Assembly (NCBI GenBank): GCA_002411015.1
Contig: DHPY01000035.1
Span: 24,118-88,117, forward strand
Direction of reading: 5' to 3'
Length of the DNA stretch: 64,000 nt
Origin: Armatimonadetes bacterium UBA5352
GTDB lineage: Bacteria; Armatimonadota; Zipacnadia; Zipacnadales; UBA5352
Position 1 is the first letter of the stretch, and each line of letters begins with the position of its first letter. The translations under genes and the position numbers were made by a program. Below the pieces are notes generated by a model that was not told where the DNA came from, did no database searches, and saw only the letters and a program-made list of their open reading frames with translations. Shown one piece after another: positions 45,601 through 53,601 of this stretch.

Positions 45601-45945
45601 CGCCGCGTAGAGCACCCGCAGGTGGTCGGCGATCTCGGTGATGGTTGCGACCGTCGAGCGGGGGTTGTGACTGCGCGCGGCCTGATCCACCGCGATCGTG
45701 GGCGTCAGCCCCTCGATCTCGTCCACGTCCGGCCGGGGGAGTTCCTGCAGGAACTGCTTGGCGTAGCTCGAGAGCGACTCGATGTAGCGACGCTGCCCCT
45801 CGGCGAAGATCGTGTCGAAGGCCAGCGACGACTTGCCGGAGCCGCTGACGCCCGTGAAGGCGATCAGCCGGCCCTTAGGCAGATCAAGATCGAGGTCCCG
45901 CAGATTGTGCTGGCGGGCCCCGCGGATGCGGATCATGTCTGACAC
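39601..45945 (-). CDS. uvrA: Tandem-fused double excinuclease ABC subunit A (four ATPase domains) with C-terminal extension
   Basis: Four Walker A motifs (GVSGSGKSS x2, GMSGSGKSS, GPSGSGKTS), four LSGGE and LDEP, repeated HNL and zinc-binding motifs. Confidence 0.95.
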   Translation of the reverse strand: MSDMIRIRGARQHNLRDLDLDLPKGRLIAFTGVSGSGKSSLAFDTIFAEGQRRYIESLSSYAKQFLQELPRPDVDEIEGLTPTIAVDQAARSHNPRSTVATITEIADHLRVLYAAIGVPHCPRCGREIGSQSRDAILTRIMSRPGARVMVLGPVARRQKGEFLDLFEDMLRRGWARARVDGEVIELRNPPELDRQRFHDIEIVTDRVTVTPRNEARIADAVEQALELSGGDVIVTMEPEEGEEGWDDLLLSSRFACADCGISLETPTHAHFSFNSPRGMCPDCDGLGERRDFVPELIVTHPNRSLRQGCIELMSSTSNPRWRHWLEGVARRYGFTIDTPWRELTEEQRERLLYGSGGELIEFEFVHPRHRWEWKHADPWDGLMAHLTGRYRRLKARSLRKKFEEAMRIGVCATCNGKRLRPESLAITIGGASISDVMGMTIGDARGFFEGLEVSAAHAAIAEDALKEIRARLQFLADVGLDYLSLDRTAPTLSGGEAQRIRLAGQVGSGLVDVLYVLDEPSIGLHHRDQGQLLKTLEHLRDTGNSIIVVEHDEQTIRAADLVVDFGPGAGQRGGEIVAMGTPRQVARCSGSLTGRYLAGRDEVAAPEHRRNGDGERIIVRGARHNNLRDLTVEFPLGRLIAVTGVSGSGKSSLVTDTLFPALARALQGSEAEAGDHEGIDGLELLDKTVMIDQDPIGRTPRSNPGTYVGVFDHIRRLYAELPESRQRGYAPGRFSFNVEEGRCSACEGHGAIKLESDFLADVWVECEACSGRRYDDETLGVRYRGRNIAEVLAMEVGEALEFFANQPKIRSMLQIMEDVGLGYIKLGQPAPTLSGGEAQRVKLAEELARPRTGRTLYILDEPTTGLHFADVQHLLNVLHRFVDEGNTVIVVEHHPDIVKSADWVIDLGPEGGAEGGTIVAAGTPEEVAACAHSHTGAMLRELLSKGEVEVADVHSATRRRHVKPGDIVVSGAREHNLRSVDAKIPRHKLTVISGMSGSGKSSLALDTIYAEGQRRYVESLSSYARQFVGQIDKPKVDRVTGLPPAVAIDQKQPSHNPRSTVGTVTTIYDYARVLFARLATPHCPRCGAEVGAKTQDQIAAELMSEFRGQRVLILAPIEPRGNEEWAELFERLHRQGWMRVRVDGEVQHLPLERAIRRRRQHSVEVVVDRVDLAEGRRSRVAEAVETALGLSGGRLTAAPVAPPPDPLPLAPSARAGEGEGESGSGERAYSQHSSCQQCGAAYDPLTPRLFSFNHREGWCPTCEGLGTRRGADPRALVPDPALSIHQGALSPWGELRPESLLERMLGAVAEANGFDLDTPFEELSEDYRHLIFYGTGEREFAVDGALRVQFHGLVSSIEEASRMSSRFRKRVGRVLRDLPCPTCRGGRLNPEASAAKLRGRSIVDLCRAPLHEALEFFEGLELSEREEDLTAEIRDEILRRLRLLVEVGLGYLTLHRPAPSLSGGESQRVRLAGQIGSGLTGVLYVLDEPTVGVHPRDNVRMLQALKDLRDLGNTALVVEHDEQTLREADHIIDLGPGSGPQGGRVMAAGTLQQVMRRKGSATGRLLSGDLQVPVPAHRRELPPAEGAATADGWLRVVGASHHNLRGITVDFPLGVLTCVSGPSGSGKTSLVNEILYPELAYHLHGAQEVGGPHRRIIGIEQLDAVVNIDQAPIGQTPRSSPATYSGVFDLIRELYSMLPEAVVRGYGPDRFSFNKRGGRCEACEGMGRRLIEMHFLPDVWVECEDCGGTRYEAQTRAVQYRGKSIADVLEMTVGEALEHFASFPRIRHILQTMADVGLDYLPLGQAAPMLSGGEAQRVKLARELSRRTQGHAVYILDEPTTGLHCADVLKLLEVLQRLVEAGNTVIVIEHNLDLIKCADWLIDLGPGGGDEGGYLVGAGRPEEVARVADSATAPFLKSALERSRREERVVEAPSAGPGRSVHRAALQALAEDAVRPWETDGRGWHLAESTPAGDPREWEPGALEAFVENAAEALGVDDADWADPESVTLTRPGEPEWIARAQTHRRWDLRVQIRAPKGVFVQSALERDLALPTWDEIESLPRYGKGSRVRLSTRPRGYDLITIWAFAEEELRTEGFRDLIAAALARREAEVAAE
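42293..42346 (-). repeat. REP-like element of the DUF559-flanking family, read in-frame within uvrA
   Basis: CCCTCTCCCGCC...AGGGGGAGGGGGTCGGGGGGAGGGGC matches both ends of the 20220-20294 repeat; encodes APPPDPLPLAPSARAGEG. Confidence 0.75.
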
Positions 45946-46014
45946 AGAGAGAGTGCCTCCGAAGACGCGTCAGGAGCGTACGATCGTGGTGCGGGCGCCC
46001 TCACCCGCACGTGA

Positions 46015-46043
46015 ATTCTACCAAACAAGCGTTCGCAAGTCAA
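46015..46043 (-). promoter_or_regulatory. uvrA promoter with Gram-positive-type LexA (SOS) box in the spacer
   Basis: TTGACT-N17-TAGAAT; spacer contains CGAAC-GCTT-GTTTG (46022-46035). Confidence 0.75.
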
Positions 46044-46165
46044 TCAAGCGCGAAGATGCACAAGGGGGAGTCACGGTGACACCGCGAAGGCCTCCTCCCG
46101 CACGTCTTGACGCCCTCTGCGGAGCCGGTGTTCAGGCTATGCCGGGCGCTCGACGCGCAGACACA

Positions 46166-46197
46166 GAGGCGGCCCCGCCGGTTGACGGGGCCGCCTC
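46166..46197 (-). terminator. Terminator after transaldolase gene
   Basis: GAGGCGGCCCCG-N8-CGGGGCCGCCTC followed on the minus strand by TGTGTCT. Confidence 0.65.
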
Positions 46198-46220
46198 GAT
46201 CGCCTCACGATGGGTGGTGC

Positions 46221-47642
46221 TTAGGCCTCGCAGACCCAGTGCAGGAACTCATCGTAGGTCTCTGAGAAGCCCTTGAGAGTTCGGGCGGCCGGGACGAAGT
46301 CGATGAACTCCTCGGGCATCATGCCGTCCGGCTCGTAGGCCTGGCGGAAGATGCTGCTCTGCATGAGCTTGTCGAGGTAGCCCTCGGGCAGCGGGGCCCA
46401 GATGCCGTCGGGATCGATCTCCCGCGGCACGGAGTCGTAGTCCGCGGCCTTGTCCGGGAAGATGGTGATGAAGTTCGGCACCGGGCCGTTGCTGGTGCCG
46501 CGCTCGATGTTCCACGCGCCGCGCCCGGAGGCGGCCAGTGCGAAGCTCTTGTGGAAGCCAAGGCCGCCCTCTGTCGGCGGGTGGTTGAGGAGGTGGTACT
46601 CGCGCTGGCGAATGGCCGTCGTCGCCCACTTCTTGACCTCTTCCCAGTCCTCCACGCCGGCCTCCTGAAGCTGCTCGCCGACCGGATCGTCGAGGCGCCC
46701 GTCCATCTGCGTGCGGAAGCAGACCTTGGCGGTGCTGTTGGCCTCGATCGCGCCGGCGAAAGCGATCTGCTGTGGGAGGGCGAAGTTCACGGTGATGTTG
46801 ACGCCCATCCCGGCAGCGGTGATGCGCTCCGCGGCGGCGATCCCGGCAGCGGTGCCCGGCAGCTTGAAGACGATGTTCGGCGTGCCGCCGAGCGCGTCCT
46901 CGATCTGCCCGTAGACGTAGGTTGCCTCCTCGACCATCTTGTCGGCGTTCGAGGCTTCCTTCGGGTTAAGCTGGAGGCTGACGTAGCCGAGGTTCCCGCC
47001 GGTGATCTCCCAGATCGGGCGCAGCAGCCGCGCGTTCGTCAGCACAACCTGGATCGTCATCGCATACGCGAGGGTGACCGGGTCGCAGGAGTCGCCGTGT
47101 TCCTTGCGCAGCGCGTCGCGGACGGGCGTCCAGATCTCCGGCTGCTCCTTGCGCGCAATGTCAACCAGCACCGGGTTGGTGGTGACCAGGATCGCGCCCT
47201 TCTGCATGGCCTTGCGCAGACCCGTAGCATAGTCATTGCCCCACCAGGTGTTGAGCTCGCCGGCGAGGGTCATGCGGGTCATCTTCACGAGGTTGCTCTG
47301 GCCAAGCTGCTTGATCTCGGCATCTACCCGGGCGGCCTCTTCGGAGGCGCCGAGGTCCTTCAGAAGCGCCACGTTCGCCGCAACCTGCTCATCAAGCTGC
47401 GCATCCGTTGCGATGGCCGCGCCGTACTTGTCCTTGCTCTGCAGGTTCCAGTTCGCCAGCACCGACTTGAGGTCGATCGCGCTCTCCGCGATGGCCTCGG
47501 CGATGTCGGCCTTGCCGGCCTCGTCGGCGGAGCCGTACGCGCTCTTCATCTCCGACCGGAATTCACCCAGGCGGCCGGCGAGGTCGCCGGGCACGGTGTA
47601 GAAGATCAAGTCCTGCAGGATAGATACCTGTTCGTTCGTCAT
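46221..47642 (-). CDS. Transaldolase family protein with N-terminal extension
   Basis: VTTNP, VSLQLNP, NIVFKLPGT (Schiff-base Lys), VNITVNF; AGGAG RBS before ATG 47642. Confidence 0.8.
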   Translation of the reverse strand: MTNEQVSILQDLIFYTVPGDLAGRLGEFRSEMKSAYGSADEAGKADIAEAIAESAIDLKSVLANWNLQSKDKYGAAIATDAQLDEQVAANVALLKDLGASEEAARVDAEIKQLGQSNLVKMTRMTLAGELNTWWGNDYATGLRKAMQKGAILVTTNPVLVDIARKEQPEIWTPVRDALRKEHGDSCDPVTLAYAMTIQVVLTNARLLRPIWEITGGNLGYVSLQLNPKEASNADKMVEEATYVYGQIEDALGGTPNIVFKLPGTAAGIAAAERITAAGMGVNITVNFALPQQIAFAGAIEANSTAKVCFRTQMDGRLDDPVGEQLQEAGVEDWEEVKKWATTAIRQREYHLLNHPPTEGGLGFHKSFALAASGRGAWNIERGTSNGPVPNFITIFPDKAADYDSVPREIDPDGIWAPLPEGYLDKLMQSSIFRQAYEPDGMMPEEFIDFVPAARTLKGFSETYDEFLHWVCEA

Positions 47643-47939
47643 TGTCACTTCGCTCCTCATATCTGCTAGGTGGAATCCAACGCTTATCGTCACTCGAAGG
47701 CGGCGATTCTGTGGGTAGCTCTCGTGTCCTTTCTCCAGTCGTGGGGCAATCCCTCCATCGGCCGCTACATTCGCGAGATTGTTTCTCCGGGCATCATCCC
47801 GCGATTTCCACAGGCATGATGGAGGAATGGATGTTGCGGCGGCGAACGAAGAGCCGTCATCTGTTTGGGCAGCCGGGCTGCGGCCTGCCCGGGCGGATGG
47901 GGGCGGGGGCCGCCTAGCCACGCGCAAGAGGTGAGCAGC

Positions 47940-49514
47940 ATGCAGACACACAACAGGACCGCCATCCGAATCCCGTCGCTTGCCGCACTCGCACTGGCGG
48001 CCTGCCTGCTGGCGCAACAGGCCCCTCCGGCTGAGGCGCAGGCCCTCACCGCGGCGACCGTGGAGAAGATTAAAGACGCTGTGGTGCTCATTGACGTCGC
48101 CTTGACCACCCCGCAGGGCGAGACGGGCGGCAGCGGAAGCGGTTTCGTCATCTCCCCCAATGGACACATCATCACCAACGCGCACGTCGTCTCGATGGTC
48201 ACGCAGGATGAGGCCGGCGGAACGGTTGTGGCCACGGACCGCACGGTGCAGGTAGTCTTCCACCCCGGCACCGCGCAGGAGAAGGTCTTCCCGGCGCAGG
48301 TGCTCCGGGAGCATCATGAGCACGACCTCGCGCTGCTCAAGATCGAGGCCGCGACCCCGGTATACCTCGACCTCGCCGATTCCGACGCCGTGGCCGAGAC
48401 CTCCGCAATCTACGCCTGCGGCCACCCACTTGGCCTGCGCGAGATCTCCATCCGCACCGGCACCGTCACCGCGCACCGCACCTGGGAGGGCAAGCCGTAC
48501 ATCGAGCACGATGCATCAGCCGAAGAAGGGAACTCCGGCGGTCCGGTCGTGCTCCCCGACGCGCGCGTGGTCGGCGTCCACACGCTCACTCTCGTGAGCA
48601 GCGGGATGATGACCAAGTTCGCGATCCCGTCGAATGTGGTCACCGCGTGGCTCGCAACGGATGTCGCCGACGATCCTCCCCTGCCGATCCCCGGCAAAGT
48701 GATCCGGGAACTGCTGGCGAACTCCAATCTGAACTACGAGGACGCTGGAGAAGGCAGCTTCTCCATCCCGTACGACAATGACGTCACACTCATCGCGCAC
48801 GAATACGACGACTTCCTGCGGCTCTACTGCGAGCTTGGGCAGCTTCCCGGCGGAGAGCGGCTCCTGCAGGGCATGGCTGCGCTGGAGGCTCTGCGCTTCA
48901 ACTACTCCGACCCGGTAGGCCGGCTGAGCGTGTGGGAGCCGGAGGAGGGTGATCTCAGGCTCTACTGGGAGTGCCAGATTCCGATGTCAACCGCGACCGG
49001 CGAGTACCTCCGGACGATCGCCGATGTCGGCGCACTGCAGGTTGCACGCTGGGGAGCGGTTCTGCGGGCCGAGCAGCCTGAGGAGCCGACCTCCCTCTAC
49101 CCCGGCGGCACAGAGGAAGAGATCGCGGCGATGGTCGAGCATCTTGGGCAGCAGATCGCTGATACCGGGCTCACCCACGAGAAGAACGATAGGACCTTCG
49201 AGATACCCTACGATAACGACGTGACCGTGCGCTCCACTATCTACCAGGGCATGGTCTGGACCTACGCCTACACCGGCGGGATGCCCGGTGACAGCACGGC
49301 TGCACAGGGCCAGATCGCGATCGAACTGCTCAAGCGCAACTGGGATGACCCGCTCGGCCGCCTGAGCCTCGATGGCGATAACGATGTCTGCTGGGAGTCG
49401 CAGGTCCCCTCGACCTGCCTGACGCCCGACTACATCGCGATTGTCGCGGGAACTGCGGCCTCGCAGGTAGCGGGCTTCATCGAGACCTACGGCCAGATAC
49501 CGTTCAACGGCTGA
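47940..49514 (+). CDS. Secreted trypsin-like (S1) serine protease with two duplicated C-terminal domains
   Basis: Signal peptide; GSGSGF, TNAHV, DLALL, GNSGGP catalytic motifs. Confidence 0.88.
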   Translation: MQTHNRTAIRIPSLAALALAACLLAQQAPPAEAQALTAATVEKIKDAVVLIDVALTTPQGETGGSGSGFVISPNGHIITNAHVVSMVTQDEAGGTVVATDRTVQVVFHPGTAQEKVFPAQVLREHHEHDLALLKIEAATPVYLDLADSDAVAETSAIYACGHPLGLREISIRTGTVTAHRTWEGKPYIEHDASAEEGNSGGPVVLPDARVVGVHTLTLVSSGMMTKFAIPSNVVTAWLATDVADDPPLPIPGKVIRELLANSNLNYEDAGEGSFSIPYDNDVTLIAHEYDDFLRLYCELGQLPGGERLLQGMAALEALRFNYSDPVGRLSVWEPEEGDLRLYWECQIPMSTATGEYLRTIADVGALQVARWGAVLRAEQPEEPTSLYPGGTEEEIAAMVEHLGQQIADTGLTHEKNDRTFEIPYDNDVTVRSTIYQGMVWTYAYTGGMPGDSTAAQGQIAIELLKRNWDDPLGRLSLDGDNDVCWESQVPSTCLTPDYIAIVAGTAASQVAGFIETYGQIPFNG

Positions 49515-49647
49515 CCGGGTAGCAGGGAGCATGTCAACGGCGCGGCCGGTGGTGGCCGCGAACCGGCTGCGCGCAATCATGAAGGGGCCGCCCGGGCGTC
49601 CGCTTCGCGGCGAGGGTCCCGCGAGGGCTGTCGTCTAGCCCTGCGGG

Positions 49648-49733
49648 AGGTTCCACCCCGGCCCATGTCGCTCTTCGTCCGCAACACGGCAGAGCAGACG
49701 GCTATCGGTAGGCGGTGGGCCGGGGTGGAACCT
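49648..49733. repeat. Perfect 18-bp inverted repeat with 50-nt spacer
   Basis: AGGTTCCACCCCGGCCCA / TGGGCCGGGGTGGAACCT. Confidence 0.85.
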
Positions 49734-49865
49734 GAGGCGCGGGCGCGCCTCACTCCTCGCCAACGGTAGCGACCGTGCTCGCACGAAGATCCGCGCAGGC
49801 GATAGACCAGTGCCTACGGGCGCAGCCACCTCCGGCTGCGCCCGTCTCGCGCGCAACCTCTCGCT

Positions 49866-50399
49866 TCAGCTCTCGCCGAGGAAGTGCTTCGCCCGCGCCT
49901 CCGCCCACCGCGACAGCGGCGGGAATGAGATCCTCCGGCCAAGCAGCGCCTCAATGCCGAAGAAGCTCGACAGCAGCAGCGCGAGGCTCAGCACGACCAC
50001 CAGGTGCGCGAGCGCGAGCGCGCCGGTGATCGCGTCTCCCTGCGGCCCCTCGATGGCCCCCGCGAGTGCCGAAATGCCGTTAATCGCCAGCCGCAGCGCG
50101 ATGACGATGACGCTCCAGCCCGCGCTGGCGAAGAGGTGGTAGGGAATGCCCCGCACCCGCCGCATCCTCCGCGACCGCAGCAGCAGCAGCGGCAGCGGCG
50201 CGGTCAGCCACCCGAGCCACGCGAAGTAGCAGGCCGCCGCGAGCATCTTCGGCCCCGGATCGCGCCAGACGAAGCGCGGCTCAACACGCACCAGCGCGCG
50301 CGACCGCGGGTCATCCGGCGGCTCGGCCTCAGGCGGCCTCTCGTCTACGGGACCTCGGCCGCCGCCAGGGACCCCATCGGCCGGAGTGGGTGACGCCAT
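49866..50399 (-). CDS. Hypothetical membrane protein (DUF4870-like pattern)
   Basis: LAAACY...P.LLL, three hydrophobic segments, G.EAL.GR...FP tail; GAGGAG RBS. Confidence 0.65.
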   Translation of the reverse strand: MASPTPADGVPGGGRGPVDERPPEAEPPDDPRSRALVRVEPRFVWRDPGPKMLAAACYFAWLGWLTAPLPLLLLRSRRMRRVRGIPYHLFASAGWSVIVIALRLAINGISALAGAIEGPQGDAITGALALAHLVVVLSLALLLSSFFGIEALLGRRISFPPLSRWAEARAKHFLGES

Positions 50400-50407
50400 G
50401 CCGCTCC

Positions 50408-52141
50408 TCAGCCCTCCAGCTTCTTCTCGAGCCCCGACAGCTCGCCCGATAGCTCGATCAGCGGCTGCACCTCGGCCACGATCTCATCGCCCTCGAGGCG
50501 CAACTCAATCTGCCGCTGCCACTGCGGATCGTTGACCGCGTCGCAGTCGGCGCGGTAGTGCGTACCGCGGCTCTCCTCGCGCATCGAAGCCGGCAGCGCC
50601 ACGCAGCGGCCCAGCAGCGCCATGTTCCGCGCTTCCGCCAGCCGACGCTGTGAGCCTGATGCGCTCTTCAGCCGCTCTGATGCCACCTCAGCCGCCAACG
50701 CTGCCTGCGCGAGACTCTCCGCGGTACGTACGACTGTCCCGCCCTTCCACATCTCCCACGCCATCGCGCTGAGGATCGCGTCTACGTCCTCGCCGCCTGC
50801 AGCCGGCTGCAGCGCGGCCAGGCCCGACTCGGCGAAGCTGCGAACGAACTCAGCGTCGCCCGCGCCGTCGACCTCAGCCGCGGCTTCCCCCGCGCGCCTG
50901 CCGAAGACCTGGGAGTCGGCCAGGGCATTGCCGCCGGGGCGGTCGGCGCCATGCTGACCGCCCGCGTTCTCTCCGGCGGCCAGCAGGCCCGCGATGCAGG
51001 TCCTGCCCGCGATGTCGATGCGCGCGCCGCCGTTGAAGTGCTGCACCGCGGGCGCGAACTCCACCGCATCGGTGCGCAGGTCGAGGCCACTCTTCAGGAG
51101 GTGCTCGAAGGGCACGCACGCGTCCTGCTCGATGGTGCGGTCGTCGAGGTGCGCGAGGCCCATGAACACGCCACGGTGCTCCGTGCCGCGCCCCTGGCTG
51201 ATCTCGCTGAAGACCGCGACATCCACCCACTTGCTCGCATTGCGGATGGTGAACGGGTAGGAGACGCCCTTGATGAAGATCGCCTGCTCGATGTCCACAC
51301 CCTCGGGGATGTAGCGCGGGATGAACTCCTCGCCGAGTACGTTCGTGATCTTCGGGTGCATCCGCCAGAACACGCCTGACAGCGCGAAGTGTATCGGGTG
51401 CACGATGCTTGGGCCGATCTGCACGAACTCGAAGTTCACCAGAGGGCAGCCCGCGCGCAGGGCGGCCGCGTAACCGTCACCGGTCGCGCCCATCGGGAAG
51501 ACGTTCAGCGCGAACATCTCGCCCGCGCCGCCACCGGCAAGGACCACCGCCGGAGTGGCGATCGCCACCGGCTCGTCGTTCTCCATCCCGAGGCCCCACG
51601 CGCCGCGCACCGTGCCGCCATCCACCGCCACGTCCACGATCATCGTGCGGGGCAGAAACTCGACCGAGCCGGGGCCGGTGCGGCTGATCTCGCGGCAGCG
51701 TTCCATCAGCGTGCGCACGATGATCGGGCCGGTATCGGCGCCTCGCCCGCAGGCGCGGGGGTAGCGGGCGCCATCGCTGAGGATCTGCACGAAACGCCCG
51801 TCTTCGGTCTTGTCGAAGTCCGCGCCCCAGTCCTCAAGCTCCTGGAAGCGTGCAGGGGCATCCTCGGCGATCGCGCGTGCAAGTTCGGGCGTGCAGAGCA
51901 GCCCGCCCTTGACCATGATGTCGATCCAGTGCTCGCGCGGACTGTCGGCCTCATCGGCATGCCCGAAGGCCGCGCCGAAAGCCATCCAGTCGGAGGCCGC
52001 GGTGTACGTGGTGCCGCACGCCCCGGGAGTGCCCTTGGTTGCCACGATTACCTTCGCGCCCGCCTCCGCGGCGGCCACGGCGGCCCGCAGACCCGCCCCG
52101 CCACTACCCACGACCAGGACATCGCACTCGTGCATCCGCAT
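50408..52141 (-). CDS. FAD-dependent oxidoreductase, SdhA/FrdA/NadB superfamily
   Basis: DVLVVGSGGAGL, TGDG, QHFNGG, LAAGE, HGADRPGGNAL, REESRGTHYR. Confidence 0.88.
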   Translation of the reverse strand: MRMHECDVLVVGSGGAGLRAAVAAAEAGAKVIVATKGTPGACGTTYTAASDWMAFGAAFGHADEADSPREHWIDIMVKGGLLCTPELARAIAEDAPARFQELEDWGADFDKTEDGRFVQILSDGARYPRACGRGADTGPIIVRTLMERCREISRTGPGSVEFLPRTMIVDVAVDGGTVRGAWGLGMENDEPVAIATPAVVLAGGGAGEMFALNVFPMGATGDGYAAALRAGCPLVNFEFVQIGPSIVHPIHFALSGVFWRMHPKITNVLGEEFIPRYIPEGVDIEQAIFIKGVSYPFTIRNASKWVDVAVFSEISQGRGTEHRGVFMGLAHLDDRTIEQDACVPFEHLLKSGLDLRTDAVEFAPAVQHFNGGARIDIAGRTCIAGLLAAGENAGGQHGADRPGGNALADSQVFGRRAGEAAAEVDGAGDAEFVRSFAESGLAALQPAAGGEDVDAILSAMAWEMWKGGTVVRTAESLAQAALAAEVASERLKSASGSQRRLAEARNMALLGRCVALPASMREESRGTHYRADCDAVNDPQWQRQIELRLEGDEIVAEVQPLIELSGELSGLEKKLEG

Positions 52142-52221
52142 CGCTCACGCCTCCACTCTTGCGCAGACAGCCGGGCTCAGGTGGCCCGGCTGTCTGGCAC
52201 TGCATCAGTCTGTTGCTGAGA

Positions 52222-53454
52222 CTACCAGCCGAGGGCCTTGAAGCACGCCGGGCCGGAGTTCTGGCTGCCGGTCGGCGCAATGCGCGCCACGGCCTCGTTG
52301 TAGACCGACTCGAGGTAGACGTTCGTCTCGACATCGGTACCGCAGATCTTCTTGTCGCCGGCCTCGACCTTGCTCGGATCGGCCGCGAAGTGGCGATAGC
52401 GGGCCTGCGAGCCACAGACGAGGAACGCGGTGTTGATGTTGGTCTTGCCGATAAGGCCCTTGGCCACGCCCGCCGAGCCGGTGCCGCCATGCTGCGCGAA
52501 CGGGGCGTAGACGCCGGTGGCCTCGATGATGTAGCGCTCGACGGCCTCGAGCTTGCGCTCGTCGATCTCGTGCTTCTCGTCGGCCATCGCGGCATGCTTC
52601 ATGCCGATGTCATACGCCAGACCCTCGGCGCCGGTGTAGGTGACGAAGCCCGCGGCAAGCGCCGCGAAGGCCTGAAGCTCGTCATCGCTGAGCTGCTTGT
52701 ACTCAACGTCGTCGCCGCTCTGGCCGGTCTCGCCAAGCTCCGCCTCGAGCATCATGTCGCTGTTGCCAAGGCCCACGCGCACGGCGTCGGCGATGTCGCG
52801 GGTGATCGCGAAGTCGAGGATCGGGGGGATGCCCTCGGTGTCGATCATGCCCCACGCGGGCTGCATGATGTCCACGGTGCCCATGAAGTCGGAGCGGAAC
52901 GACTGGTACTCCTCGCTCGAGAGGTAGGCGGAGTACTTGCAGGCGAGCTCGGAGGTCAGCTCCTCAACCTGGCCCTGCAGGCCCGCGCCCTCGATGAACG
53001 CCCAGGCCGCGTCGATCTGCTCGGAGGCGCCGGTCGGGCATGCGCGCTGCTTGTAGGTCTTGTCGGCCTTGAACTTCGGCACTGCGAAGTGGTCGAGCGA
53101 GACGGCGACGAGATCGGCGCCGAAGACCTCGGCCTCACCGCGGATCCAGTCGATGCCCATCTTCGCGCCATACAGCGCGGGGTTGCCGCGATAGCCGAGG
53201 CCCTTCGGGGCGAAGATCTTGCCGGGCAGGCCGCCGAGCTTGGTGTTGGCGTTGTGCGAGAACTGGACGATGATCGGCGACTGCTGCTCCATCGCCGACA
53301 GCATCACGAATGCGCGAGTCTGCCAGAAGTTGTTCGAGTTGGCCGCGAGGATCGTCACCCGCTCGCTCGCCGGCTTCAGCGCCAGGCTCTCATCGAAGGG
53401 ACAGAATGCGTCGAAGATCTTGCGCAGCTCACGTCCGGTCAGAAGTGCTCCCAT
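52222..53454 (-). CDS. Class II fructose-bisphosphate aldolase-like protein
   Basis: SPIIVQFS, SLDH, MIDTE, EAELG, HGGTG, KTNINT; GGAGG RBS. Confidence 0.8.
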   Translation of the reverse strand: MGALLTGRELRKIFDAFCPFDESLALKPASERVTILAANSNNFWQTRAFVMLSAMEQQSPIIVQFSHNANTKLGGLPGKIFAPKGLGYRGNPALYGAKMGIDWIRGEAEVFGADLVAVSLDHFAVPKFKADKTYKQRACPTGASEQIDAAWAFIEGAGLQGQVEELTSELACKYSAYLSSEEYQSFRSDFMGTVDIMQPAWGMIDTEGIPPILDFAITRDIADAVRVGLGNSDMMLEAELGETGQSGDDVEYKQLSDDELQAFAALAAGFVTYTGAEGLAYDIGMKHAAMADEKHEIDERKLEAVERYIIEATGVYAPFAQHGGTGSAGVAKGLIGKTNINTAFLVCGSQARYRHFAADPSKVEAGDKKICGTDVETNVYLESVYNEAVARIAPTGSQNSGPACFKALGW

Positions 53455-53601
53455 CGTAAATCCACCCTCCTGGGGTTGGTTCGTGCTCAGGTCGCTCAAC
53501 CATGAGTCACGCGCAGTCACACGCTTCGGCGTCGGCCGCGCGCATGCCGCTTTCGTTTGTCCGCTATGAAATCCGGGCCCGGCCGGGCACACTGACCCGC
53601 C

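Noticed and set aside
47643-48509. 290-aa N-terminal extension of transaldolase in the ORF track
   Set aside because: Antisense shadow of the protease gene; RBS supports a start at 47642
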